A stretch of DNA of 64,000 nucleotides from a bacterium (GTDB lineage: Bacteria; Zhuqueibacterota; Zhuqueibacteria; Oceanimicrobiales; Oceanimicrobiaceae): NCBI GenBank assembly GCA_037446635.1, contig JBBIIG010000009.1, positions 18,294-82,293 of the forward strand, in the 5' to 3' direction. Numbering within the stretch: position 1 is the first letter of the stretch; the number at the start of each line of letters is the position of its first letter. Position numbers and translations under genes: made by a program. Below are positions 9,499-18,195 of this stretch, piece after piece. The notes beneath the pieces were generated by a model. The model saw nothing but the letters and a program-made list of their open reading frames with translations, did no database searches and was not told the origin of the DNA.

Positions 9499-10467
9499 CT
9501 AATGGTCAACAGCAGCAAGTGTTTTTTGGCGGTTTTCTTTTTGGTTTCTTCCATATAAGCGGCCCTGGTGGGTGTTGCGGCGTTCGAGTTCTTTTTGAAT
9601 GGCGTAGATGATCTCTGCGGCGCTTTTGCGCCAATTGGGCGCGATCAGCAAATCCAGCGGCGCCTCGCCGTAGAGCCGTTCGATGATGATGTCCGGATTC
9701 ACCCGTTCCAGAAAGCGGCAGACAAACTCCACCCATTCATCAAACGAAAAAAGGTGAAATGGATGTTGCAGATATTGTCTGGCCATTTCCGTGTAGCGCA
9801 CGATGTGCAGATTATGAATCTTCAAAAAGTTTAGCGGCAACTTGGAGATTTCGTCGGCGGTGATGAACATCTGCTCTGCGGTTTCATTCGGAAAGCCGAG
9901 GATGACATGCCCAGCCACGTGCAGCCCGCGTTCAGCAGTCTTTTGAATGGCATTGACGGTGCAGGCGTAATCATGCGCACGATTGACGAGCCGCAACGTT
10001 TCATCGTGCACCGACTCGATGCCGTATTCGAGGGTGACAAAATAGTCGCGCTGAATTTGTTCGAACAAATTCAGCTTGGTGTCATCGATGCAGTCCGGCC
10101 GCGTGCCCACGGCAATGCCAACGATTTCCGGATGCGCGAGGGCTTCGGCGTAAAGTTTTTCGAGATGCGCGAGCGGCGCGTAGGTGTTGGAGTAGGGCTG
10201 AAAATAGACGATGAAAGCGTGAGCTTTGAATCGCTTTTTCAAATAACCGATGGATTGCTGCACTTGTTGTTTCACCGGCATGCGGGCGCGGGCGGCGCGC
10301 GGCGTGAAGCTGTCGATGTTGCAGTACGTGCAGCCGCCGGTCGCCAGTGTGCCGTCGCGGTTGGGGCAGGTGAAACCGGCGTGCACCGAAATTTTGTGCA
10401 CCCGGGTGCCGAAGGTTTCCTGCAAAAATTTGCCGTAGGAATTGAAGCGTAGTTCCGAAATTTTCAT
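9499..10467 (-). CDS. Radical SAM protein, TIGR01212/YhcC family
   Basis: GFTCPNRDGT...GGCTYC, YFQPYSNTY, GTRPDC, LKIHNL. Confidence 0.92.
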   Translation of the reverse strand: MKISELRFNSYGKFLQETFGTRVHKISVHAGFTCPNRDGTLATGGCTYCNIDSFTPRAARARMPVKQQVQQSIGYLKKRFKAHAFIVYFQPYSNTYAPLAHLEKLYAEALAHPEIVGIAVGTRPDCIDDTKLNLFEQIQRDYFVTLEYGIESVHDETLRLVNRAHDYACTVNAIQKTAERGLHVAGHVILGFPNETAEQMFITADEISKLPLNFLKIHNLHIVRYTEMARQYLQHPFHLFSFDEWVEFVCRFLERVNPDIIIERLYGEAPLDLLIAPNWRKSAAEIIYAIQKELERRNTHQGRLYGRNQKENRQKTLAAVDH

Positions 10468-10482
10468 TTTTGATGGGATACG

Positions 10483-10511
10483 GTAGGGAACGCATATTAT
10501 GCGTTTCCTAC
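10483..10511. repeat. GTAG-type REP palindrome (overlaps stop of DJ-1 gene)
   Basis: GTAGGGAACGCATA-T-TATGCGTTTCCTAC; near-identical copy at 47728. Confidence 0.85.
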
Positions 10512-11042
10512 AAGCGTATTAGATTTTTTGTTGATCGCTTCGGCTAGGGCCTCGGCGAATTCGCGCGCGGCGTTGGGTCCAGAGGCGGTGATGATGTTGC
10601 CGTCGCGTTCCAATTTGCTGCCGGTGAAATCTGCGCCTTGCACTTTTAATTTTTCATAAACGGAAACGTGCCCCGTGGCTTTCTTGCCGGTCAGAAGTCC
10701 GGCCACCGCCAGCGTGACGGTCGCGTGCGAGCTGGCCGCGACGACTTTGCCTTCGTTCGCCGCGGCGCGCGCTATTTCATGCGCGGTGACGTCGTGCCAG
10801 TACTGACTGGCGCCGGTGCCGCCGATGAACACCACGGCGTCGAATTCCTGGCCGTTGACTTCGTCGATTAACAAATCGGGATCTAGTTTCATTCCCTGCA
10901 TTCCGGCCGCGCCTTTTTTGATAGTGGAGGCAACAGTAATTTTCGCCCCATTTTTTTCCAACCGTTCGCGGACCGCTTGATACTCCTCATCGCGAAAATT
11001 GTTGTGCGCTAAAATTATCAAAACCGATTTGGATTGAGCCAT
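10497..11042 (-). CDS. DJ-1/PfpI family protein
   Basis: FRDEEY, FDAVVFIGG.G, GKVVAA, GKKAT, DGNIITASGP. Confidence 0.88.
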   Translation of the reverse strand: MAQSKSVLIILAHNNFRDEEYQAVRERLEKNGAKITVASTIKKGAAGMQGMKLDPDLLIDEVNGQEFDAVVFIGGTGASQYWHDVTAHEIARAAANEGKVVAASSHATVTLAVAGLLTGKKATGHVSVYEKLKVQGADFTGSKLERDGNIITASGPNAAREFAEALAEAINKKSNTLVGNA

Positions 11043-11051
11043 CGCTCCTCC

Positions 11052-11375
11052 TCAAATAGTTTCTGGCCAACGGTAAATTAGGCGTTCCACAGGTTTGCCA
11101 CTTTGTAGGTGACTTTCAATGATTTCCGAAACGTCTTCTGGCTTCACCCCGGCGTACCACGTGGCCTCCGGATAGACCACGACCACCGGGCCATTTTCGC
11201 ACGGTCCAAGACAGCCGCAGGCGGTAACTTTCACTTCATTCAGCAGCCCTAATTTTTCGAGGCGTTCCTGAAAACTGGCGAGAAGGGGGTGGCCGCCGCT
11301 TGGTCCGCACGAAGGCTTGGCGAACGGCGGGCGGGTGTTGGTGCAGACAAAAAAGTGGTATTTGAATTTGAACAT
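11052..11375 (-). CDS. Thioredoxin-like [2Fe-2S] ferredoxin
   Basis: HFFVCTN..SC, GCLGPCENGPVVVVYPE.TWY. Confidence 0.92.
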   Translation of the reverse strand: MFKFKYHFFVCTNTRPPFAKPSCGPSGGHPLLASFQERLEKLGLLNEVKVTACGCLGPCENGPVVVVYPEATWYAGVKPEDVSEIIESHLQSGKPVERLIYRWPETI

Positions 11376-11381
11376 TTGATG

Positions 11382-11699
11382 CTAAACTAATTTTATTCCT
11401 GTTTTCAAAATTTCTTTCACGAATGGGTTCCGCATATCAAAGTCTTTTGGAGAAAAAGGGATCACTTCAATTTCACTACTCACGGATAGGGTAATCATTC
11501 TTATTTTGTCTTTATCATCGATGCGATTGCCCCCGAATATTTCAGACACCAACGCAATGTCGATGTCGCTCCATTCGTGATAGTTCCCTTTTGCGCAACT
11601 GCCAAAAAGTATCGCTCTTTTGATTGGAATTTTATTCTGCCTTAAGGCTTCTAGATATCTATCAACAATATTTTTCACTTTAGCTGGGATCTGAGCCAT
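11382..11699 (-). CDS. Minimal nucleotidyltransferase (MNT)
   Basis: LFGSCAKG..HEWSDIDIA motif; overlaps HEPN gene. Confidence 0.9.
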   Translation of the reverse strand: MAQIPAKVKNIVDRYLEALRQNKIPIKRAILFGSCAKGNYHEWSDIDIALVSEIFGGNRIDDKDKIRMITLSVSSEIEVIPFSPKDFDMRNPFVKEILKTGIKLV

Positions 11700-12067
11700 A
11701 CATGTAACTCCTTTATTTTGCTCAAAAACTCTTTGGCATATTCTGCATCGCAGCGCTTATAGAACTCGGACTTATATTCAGGGTATCGGGTCTGAATATT
11801 GAAATCAGTAATTTTGTCCAATAGAAAGCTTTGATTTTCATTCAACTCTATTTTTGATAACTCAGCTAATCTAACGAGCTTGTGAGTTAATGGCGGCATC
11901 TCATTGTCATTTCTGTCCACAAAAATTGCCTTCAAAATTTTTTCCAGTGCCAGATGCCCTACAAAAAGAGACCAGTCATATCTTCCGGATTCGAATATGC
12001 TCTCTGCAGATTCAAGATCGTGCTGAGAGCCTTCAACCCAATATTTGATGTGCTCTTCTTTGGTCAT
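11675..12067 (-). CDS. HEPN domain protein
   Basis: YW...HDLESA, HLALEKILKA, THKL..L, TRYP. Confidence 0.88.
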   Translation of the reverse strand: MTKEEHIKYWVEGSQHDLESAESIFESGRYDWSLFVGHLALEKILKAIFVDRNDNEMPPLTHKLVRLAELSKIELNENQSFLLDKITDFNIQTRYPEYKSEFYKRCDAEYAKEFLSKIKELHVWLRSQLK

Positions 12068-12079
12068 ATCAATTCAGAA

Positions 12080-12382
12080 TTATTTTTTAAAACTCATTCC
12101 CGCTTTCTCTTCCACCGATTTTATCTTATCATCGAAAGCGTAGTCGCTTTTTGAATCATCGATTTTGATTTGCGTCATCACGCGGTCGTAATCGGCGCGC
12201 ACCGCCTCGTGGCATTTTTGGATGACCTTCATGACGTCGTTCCATTCGCCTTTGATGAGCGTACCCATGGGCGTGAGCCGATACTCCAATCCACTCTCGT
12301 GAATAATCTTCACTGCCTTTGCTATCGGTTCGCTCAAACTCGCATTGTTGCTAATGGGCATGATGCTGAATTGTACCATCAT
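12080..12382 (-). CDS. Thiamine-binding protein family (MTH1187/YqgV)
   Basis: FSIMP, SGLEYRLTPMGT.I.GEW, RV.T.IKID, KIKSVE. Confidence 0.88.
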   Translation of the reverse strand: MMVQFSIMPISNNASLSEPIAKAVKIIHESGLEYRLTPMGTLIKGEWNDVMKVIQKCHEAVRADYDRVMTQIKIDDSKSDYAFDDKIKSVEEKAGMSFKK

Positions 12383-12452
12383 CTTTTTTAATTCTCCCTT
12401 CCTCTATATTTAATTCGATGAACCTGTATTCTGAAAATTCTTCATCACAATT

Positions 12453-12531
12453 GGAGTAATGGAGTTTTGGATTAATGGATTAATGAAAAGCAAACATCAC
12501 AAATCCAGAAATCCCTCAATCCATTAATCCC
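12453..12531. repeat. Octamer-periodic inverted repeat (GGATTAAT/ATTAATCC type)
   Basis: GGAGTAAT GGAGTTTT GGATTAAT GGATTAAT ... AATCCATT AATCC; similar at 15718-15801. Confidence 0.6.
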
Positions 12532-12944
12532 TTCGGGATCATACCTTCCACCCACGCTTCGCCATCCACGAAGTATTCTTTTTTCCAAATTGGCACCGTT
12601 TCTTTCAACGCATCGATCGCAAAACGGCAGGCTGCGAAGGCATCTTTGCGATGGGCGGAGGCCACGGCGATGGCTACGCTGACGTCACCCAATTGCAATT
12701 TCCCGATGCGGTGCACCATCACGATTTTTTTGATCGGCCAGCGTTGAAAAGCCGCGTCCTCAATTTCCTGCATTGTTTTGAGCGCCATTTCGGGGTAGGC
12801 CTCGTAGTCCATTTTCGTCACCCGCCGGCCCTCGGCGTGATCGCGAACGCGGCCTAAAAACAGCACCACGCCGCCGCTGGAATGATCTTCCATCCCGTCT
12901 AAAATTTCATCGATGCTGATTTTTTCCGAAACTAATTTTACCAA
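12516..12944 (-). CDS. moaE: Molybdopterin synthase catalytic subunit
   Basis: GGVVLFLGRVR, YEAY, HRIG.L, SAHRKDAF, LKETVPIWKKE; TTG start with GGAGG. Confidence 0.95.
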   Translation of the reverse strand: MVKLVSEKISIDEILDGMEDHSSGGVVLFLGRVRDHAEGRRVTKMDYEAYPEMALKTMQEIEDAAFQRWPIKKIVMVHRIGKLQLGDVSVAIAVASAHRKDAFAACRFAIDALKETVPIWKKEYFVDGEAWVEGMIPKGLMD

Positions 12945-13192
12945 CTCGATCCTCCGCTGATGGGTGGCAGCAGCGCCACTTCGTCGCCGTCTTTTAAAAT
13001 CGTCTCCTTCGCAGCGTATTCATTATTAACCGCCACGCTCACTACTTTCAGATGCGCGCGCAAACTTGGGAAGCGCTCAGCGACGATCCCTTTCAGATCG
13101 TTCACCGTGGCATCGACCCGCACTTCGATTTCCGTTTCCTGCAATTTAGCCAGCTCGCGCAATTGGCCAAAAAATTTCAGCTTGATTTTCAT
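12938..13192 (-). CDS. moaD: Molybdopterin synthase sulfur carrier (ends GG-SSW)
   Basis: MKIKLKFFGQLRE...AVNNEY...LKDGDEVALLPPISGG; real start is ATG 13192. Confidence 0.92.
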   Translation of the reverse strand: MKIKLKFFGQLRELAKLQETEIEVRVDATVNDLKGIVAERFPSLRAHLKVVSVAVNNEYAAKETILKDGDEVALLPPISGGSSW

Positions 13193-13647
13193 GGCGCCGA
13201 AACTCCGGCGGCGATTTTTTCTTTCTGTTCTTTTTCCACGAGCGACATCGCGAGGTTGTGATCGAACCCGCGGTGCGTCGGGTCTTCCTCGAAGCCGCGG
13301 TAAATCGCGCGGCAGTGGTAGCAAATGGTCACCGTCTTCAAAACTTTGTATAAAATGAAATCGATGATAGTGGCGATGAGCAGCGTCAAGCCGTAGGTGT
13401 GATAACTGAACACCACGCCGATTCCAAAAATCAGCAGCCCCAAGCGCGGGTTGAAATCTTTTTGTACGTAAAAACGGATTTTGTCGCACAGCACGCAGCG
13501 ATCGACTTTGCCGCCGCTTTGCATGCTCTGGCTGAGTCGAACGTTTACAGCGTTGCCGCAATGCGCGCACACGAGTTTGTCTTCCGGCCGCGACAACTCT
13601 TTCAAATTATCTTTCTGGCAATTCTCGCAAACGTATTCAACAGTCAT
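13189..13647 (-). CDS. Zn-ribbon membrane protein, unknown function
   Basis: Four CxxC pairs around a two-TM hairpin; ATGA overlap with moaD. Confidence 0.75.
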   Translation of the reverse strand: MTVEYVCENCQKDNLKELSRPEDKLVCAHCGNAVNVRLSQSMQSGGKVDRCVLCDKIRFYVQKDFNPRLGLLIFGIGVVFSYHTYGLTLLIATIIDFILYKVLKTVTICYHCRAIYRGFEEDPTHRGFDHNLAMSLVEKEQKEKIAAGVSAP

Positions 13648-13650
13648 CGC

Positions 13651-14325
13651 TCAATTCCAACTCGGGTCTTTGGGGATAAATTTGATTTTCCTGGTGACTT
13701 CAATTGCAGTTAACCTGTCGCTTAGAATTTTTTTTAGTTTTTCATAACGCAATTCGAGGTCGCCAATTTCGAGCAGCTCCTGTTTTTCGCCAATACTAAA
13801 ATCCAAAATGGCGGCCGACTGGTTGATGATGGCTTCGAAGGAAGAACTGAGGTTGATGAAATTTTCAAAATTTGCAATCCCTGTTGCGGACAAATAGCGG
13901 TGCAGCATTCCCAAAAAATTTTCCGACTCGCTCTTTTCGTTGAAACTATCGTGATCGAAATGAATGTCTTTGAGTAGCTGCACGGTGGCGGCGCGGTACG
14001 GCTGCTCCTGCACGAAATCAACAATTCGCACGCGGCTGGTGCCGTACAACAAAATGTTGAATTTGCCGTCGTTTAACTTTTCCGAGTACTGGATTTCGCC
14101 GACACAGGCGATCTCGTGCACCTCCGGGCTGCCGAAATAATCCTGCTCCCAGCCATCTTTCAACAGGGCGACGACGATTTGATTTGTGCCGGCGAGTGCA
14201 TCTTCAGTCATCTTGCGATAGCGCGGCTCGAAAATGTGCAGCGGCAAAAGCGTCTTCGGAAAGAAGACGACGTTGGGCAGCGGGAAGATTGGAATCGCTG
14301 TGATGGATTGTACTTTACTGGGCAT
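13651..14325 (-). CDS. Stand-alone Lon N-terminal substrate-binding domain protein
   Basis: IPIFPLPNVVFFP...LHIFEPRYRKM, DGKFNILLYG..R. Confidence 0.9.
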   Translation of the reverse strand: MPSKVQSITAIPIFPLPNVVFFPKTLLPLHIFEPRYRKMTEDALAGTNQIVVALLKDGWEQDYFGSPEVHEIACVGEIQYSEKLNDGKFNILLYGTSRVRIVDFVQEQPYRAATVQLLKDIHFDHDSFNEKSESENFLGMLHRYLSATGIANFENFINLSSSFEAIINQSAAILDFSIGEKQELLEIGDLELRYEKLKKILSDRLTAIEVTRKIKFIPKDPSWN

Positions 14326-15706
14326 GATCACTATTGCCTTTTGTTTCATATAAAACTGTGCCGCGTTCCACAATTGAAGTGATAAAAGCTTCTTTGACGT
14401 TTTTCCATTCTTCTATTTCCTGTTCTGTGTAAACCAAAATATCTTTGGGAGTACTAACCAGCCCCCACAGGTGTTTTCTAAGCTCTCGCGCGCGTTTATG
14501 ACGCGGGAGAGCACTGTTTTTTACTACGACCAAAAAGTCAAGATCGCTATCATCGCGAGGCGTTCCATAAGCATGCGATCCAAACAAAACAACTTTTTGC
14601 GGTTGAATCGCATGGACGATTTTTTCAGTAATGGTTTTGATTTCCTGTTTGAATTTCATAGCGCTTTTTCGGCTGATAGTCTTCAATTTTTCAATCGCCC
14701 ACCTGGCGTGCTCTGCGATGATTGGATCTTCGTTTTCCGCCAATTCCTGTAAATAGGGAAGGAAATCTTTTTCCCCGGAATTGCCCATCGCCGCCGCAAC
14801 GTTGCGTAACAACCCGCGGCGCTTTGTTCTTTTGATGGGACTTTTCCGAAACATCTCGCTGAAATCCTCTGCCGTCAACTTTGTCAACGCCGCCAAATCT
14901 GGGTAGAAAAAATTCTCGCGCGGTTGAAACGCCGGCGCTTCTGTTACCGGCGCTTTGCGATTCCACGGGCACACGTCCTGACAAATATCGCAGCCAAAAA
15001 TGTGATTTCCAATTCCGTCGCGCAACTCCAGCGGAATTTCATCGCGCAGCTCGATGGTGAGATACGAGATGCACTTGCGCGCATCGAGAACGTAAGGTTC
15101 GAGAATCGCTTCCGTGGGACAAGCCTCGATGCAGCGGTTGCAGGTGCCGCAACGATCGGGAACCGGCGCGTCGTATTCCAACTCGAGGTTGGTGATGATT
15201 TCGCCGAGAAAAAACCACGAGCCTTTTTGCTGATTGATGATACAGGTGTTTTTGCCAAACCAGCCGATGCCGGCGTATTTGGCAAACACTCGATCCACCA
15301 CCGGACCAGTATCAACATAAACTCGGCCGACCACCTCTTCGGCGCTTTCTTTTTTTATGAAATCGAGCAACTCAAAGAGCTTGCTTTCGAGAACGCTGTG
15401 ATAATCGTCGCCCCAGGCGTAGCGGGAAATCCAGCCGCGCGTGGGGTCGTGCATTTCGGTGGAAAGCGGATAATCCGTGTGGTACACCAGCGCGCACACG
15501 ATCACCGATTTCGCCTCCGGAATGACCGGCACTTCGCCGCTGCGTTTATTGACGTTGCGCTCGAGGTACTGCATTTTGCCAGCATGTCCGGCGGCGATCC
15601 AGTCTTTGTAAAACGACAGCTCCGGCATCGGCTCCAGCGGCGCCACGCCCACCAGATCGAAACCCAGCTCCCGCGCCTTTTCCTTTATTGTAAACGTCAG
15701 CGACAT
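14315..15706 (-). CDS. queG: Epoxyqueuosine reductase QueG with in-frame C-terminal MNT domain
   Basis: ISRYAWGDDYH, VDTGP, CGTCNRCIEACPT, CISYLTIE, GCDICQDVCPWN, HEAT tail; then LFGSHAYG..DDSDLD. Confidence 0.92.
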   Translation of the reverse strand: MSLTFTIKEKARELGFDLVGVAPLEPMPELSFYKDWIAAGHAGKMQYLERNVNKRSGEVPVIPEAKSVIVCALVYHTDYPLSTEMHDPTRGWISRYAWGDDYHSVLESKLFELLDFIKKESAEEVVGRVYVDTGPVVDRVFAKYAGIGWFGKNTCIINQQKGSWFFLGEIITNLELEYDAPVPDRCGTCNRCIEACPTEAILEPYVLDARKCISYLTIELRDEIPLELRDGIGNHIFGCDICQDVCPWNRKAPVTEAPAFQPRENFFYPDLAALTKLTAEDFSEMFRKSPIKRTKRRGLLRNVAAAMGNSGEKDFLPYLQELAENEDPIIAEHARWAIEKLKTISRKSAMKFKQEIKTITEKIVHAIQPQKVVLFGSHAYGTPRDDSDLDFLVVVKNSALPRHKRARELRKHLWGLVSTPKDILVYTEQEIEEWKNVKEAFITSIVERGTVLYETKGNSDHAQ

Positions 15707-15717
15707 TTCACAAATCG

Positions 15718-15801
15718 GATTATTGAGTATTGGAGTAATGGATCAATGAAATCAAATCACATCGATCCATTGATCCATCAATCCATTAATCCAGCAATCC
15801 A
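15718..15801. repeat. Octamer-periodic inverted repeat
   Basis: GGAGTAAT GGATCAAT ... ATCCATTG ATCCATCA ATCCATTA ATCCAGCA. Confidence 0.65.
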
Positions 15802-15813
15802 CCTGCGAGTAAT

Positions 15814-16119
15814 CTAAATCTTCACCTGCACCTCGTCCCCGACCACCTGCACCTCGTAGGTTTTCAGCTTCGCGGCCGGGTCGAGCACGTTTTCGCCGGT
15901 GACCACATCGTATTGCCAGCCGTGCCAGGGGCAGGTGACAATCGCATCCTGCAAATCCCCCTCGCCGAGCGGGCCGCCGCGGTGCAGGCAGGTGTTGTCG
16001 GTGGCGTAGAATTTCCCGCCGACGTTGTAGAGCGCCAGAGTCAGTCCCTGCGCCTTCACTACTTTGCATTCGCCGGGTTTGAGCTCGTCGCTGCGGGCAA
16101 TAGTTACAAATTCAGCCAT
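15814..16119 (-). CDS. Rieske [2Fe-2S] ferredoxin
   Basis: CLH.GGPL.EG and CPWHGW motifs. Confidence 0.93.
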   Translation of the reverse strand: MAEFVTIARSDELKPGECKVVKAQGLTLALYNVGGKFYATDNTCLHRGGPLGEGDLQDAIVTCPWHGWQYDVVTGENVLDPAAKLKTYEVQVVGDEVQVKI

Positions 16120-16208
16120 AGTTTTAAAAGTTTAATGAGCAAATTACGGCTCAAATATAGAGAAGGGAATTGTAAAGTTCAAGAAATTATTGGGAAGGAG
16201 GCTTGCAA

Positions 16209-16278
16209 GTTAACCACGAATTGCACGAATTTTCACCAATTTTATCAATTCGTGTCCATTGGTGTAATTCGTGGTTTA
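16209..16278. repeat. ACCACGAA...TTCGTGGT palindromic element
   Basis: AACCACGAATTGCAC ... GTGTAATTCGTGGTT inverted arms; half-copy at 36244-36269. Confidence 0.65.
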
Positions 16279-16775
16279 TTCTTAAAATGCGCTTTCTGTT
16301 GAATGCGAAACTCGCGGCGCTCGCCGGCAGCGATCCAGCGGCGTTTCTCGTCGTCGGTTTCGGGAACCACGGGTTCGACGGGCGTGGGTTGGTTTTGCTC
16401 GTCCAGCGCCACAAAGGTGAGGTAGGCAGTGCTGGTGTGCTTCTGCTCGCCGGTTTTTAGATTTTCGGAGAGAACTTTTGCGCCGCATTCCATCGACGTT
16501 CGAAACACGCGATTGACCGCGGCTTTAACAATAATCAGCTCGCCCACTTTGATGGGATGTTTGAAATCGAGGTAATCCATCGAGGCGGTGACCACCGGCC
16601 GGCGGCAGTGTCGGTGCGCCGCAATCGCGCAGGCGATGTCAATCATGTGCATGACTTTTCCGCCTAACACGTTGCCGAGCGTGTTGGCATCGTTGGGCAG
16701 GATGATCTCCGTCATCTCGATGTAACTGGCGGAAACGGGCTTGCCGGTTTCTGGGAATTTGGGGAAATTGGACAT
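16245..16775 (-). CDS. Acyl-CoA thioesterase (HotDog fold)
   Basis: ILPNDANTLGNVLGG, VVTASMD, FRTSME, AYLTFVALD. Confidence 0.93.
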   Translation of the reverse strand: MSNFPKFPETGKPVSASYIEMTEIILPNDANTLGNVLGGKVMHMIDIACAIAAHRHCRRPVVTASMDYLDFKHPIKVGELIIVKAAVNRVFRTSMECGAKVLSENLKTGEQKHTSTAYLTFVALDEQNQPTPVEPVVPETDDEKRRWIAAGERREFRIQQKAHFKNKPRITPMDTN

Positions 16776-16804
16776 GACGTAATTGTATTCGAAAAAAACT
16801 TTGG

Positions 16805-16964
16805 CTATTTGAAGTGCCTCGTGAAATCCATTGCATCATGAAGGACTCTTATGACCTCAATGATGGTTTTCTCTTTACGATAAAAGATCACATGTCTGCT
16901 CCCATATTTCCTCAAGATCGCGATCCGCTCTTAAGGTGAGTTTATAGCGGACTTTGGTTTTCAA
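16805..16964 (-). pseudogene. parE: ParE/RelE toxin remnant with internal deletion and frameshift
   Basis: N-term YKLTLRADRDLEEIW joined out of frame to C-term HVIFYR..IEVIRVLHDAMD; only 160 nt. Confidence 0.8.
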
Positions 16965-17203
16965 GTTTGTTTAGTCTCTTTATCTCTAATAATATCCTGA
17001 ACTGATCTTTTGCTGAATTGCCCCGTTTCGGCCTCTTCGATTCCAATCGCGATCTCTTCGTTGAGTTGATGCAGTTTTAGTTGGTCTCTTTCTACGGCTT
17101 TTAAGATAGCTTCTCGAATAAATTCAGAAGCATTTTGATAGTGGCCCGTGGCCACTCTGTCCTTAATGATCTGTTCCACTTCGGGTGAAAGTTCTATTTT
17201 CAT
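16961..17203 (-). CDS. parD: ParD-family ribbon-helix-helix antitoxin
   Basis: RVATGHYQNASEFIREA, L.EEIAIGIEEAE.G; overlaps parE remnant. Confidence 0.85.
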   Translation of the reverse strand: MKIELSPEVEQIIKDRVATGHYQNASEFIREAILKAVERDQLKLHQLNEEIAIGIEEAETGQFSKRSVQDIIRDKETKQT

Positions 17204-17242
17204 ATCTTACACCTTTAATTTAAAATCGCTTGGTTATTCAGT

Positions 17243-18157
17243 TCAAAAAACAAACTCCAACCCCTCAGCCCCGGCGGTGGAATTGGGAAAAAGCGCGCGC
17301 GTTTTGGCTTCCATGTCGGCGATCTTTTCGTCGGTGTGATTGGGATCGTGGTGAAAAAGCACGAGGTTTTTGACCTGCGCCGCCTTGGCGACGGCCGCGG
17401 CCATTTCGTAGGTGCTGTGACCAAAGCCTTGTTTGGGGAAATTGGGGTCCCAGTATTCCTCAGGAGTATATTGTGCATCGTGGATGAGCAGGTCGGCGCC
17501 TTTGGCGAATTGAATGAGACGGATATCATTGCCGACGTAGCCCTCGGTGTCGGTCGCGTAAACCACGCTTTTGCCGTTGGCTGCGATGCGATAAGCCGTT
17601 ACCCCGACTTTGGGATGGGCGTAACTGCGCATCAGGCGAATGACCACGCCGTTGGCGGAATTTTTTTGACGGCCGTTTTTGGCAAGGACGGCCGGCGTTT
17701 TCGAGTTGCCCGCGAAAACCAGAATTTGATTTTCGTTGATGGTGTTGATGTTGATTTGCGCCGCCATCTCCTCGAGCTCAACCGGATTGTACTGCGGATG
17801 CAGGGTCGTGGCCAGAACCTGGTCTAAATTTTCAGAAATCGATTTGGGACCATAAACATTTATCACGCAGTTGGGATGATACGCCGGCGCAAAAAACGGC
17901 AGCCCCAAAATATGATCGTAATGCGTGTGTGAAAACAACAGTGTGATGTAAAACGGCGACTCCGCGCCGTTGATCTCCTTGAGCAAGCGTGCGCCCAAAT
18001 TAATGATGCCGGTTCCGGCGTCGAGAATGATGAGATGTTTTTGGGCGCGCACTTCGACGCACGAGGTGTTGCCGCCAAAGCGGAGCGTGCTGTGCCCCGG
18101 CACCGGGTGGCTGCCGCGCACGCCCCAAAATCGTACCAGCAGATTGTTACTCCCCAT
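17243..18157 (-). CDS. MBL-fold metallo-hydrolase
   Basis: FWGVRGS, GGNTSCVE, DAGTG, SHTHYDH, HDAQY, GHS, FHHDP. Confidence 0.92.
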   Translation of the reverse strand: MGSNNLLVRFWGVRGSHPVPGHSTLRFGGNTSCVEVRAQKHLIILDAGTGIINLGARLLKEINGAESPFYITLLFSHTHYDHILGLPFFAPAYHPNCVINVYGPKSISENLDQVLATTLHPQYNPVELEEMAAQININTINENQILVFAGNSKTPAVLAKNGRQKNSANGVVIRLMRSYAHPKVGVTAYRIAANGKSVVYATDTEGYVGNDIRLIQFAKGADLLIHDAQYTPEEYWDPNFPKQGFGHSTYEMAAAVAKAAQVKNLVLFHHDPNHTDEKIADMEAKTRALFPNSTAGAEGLEFVF

Positions 18158-18195
18158 AAAATTCCCTTTAGTTGTCTCGGCTCAATGATGCAAAA

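Noticed and set aside
12938..13570. 210-aa ORF as listed in the track
   Set aside because: Only the last 84 codons are MoaD; the upstream part is an off-frame overlap with the Zn-ribbon gene
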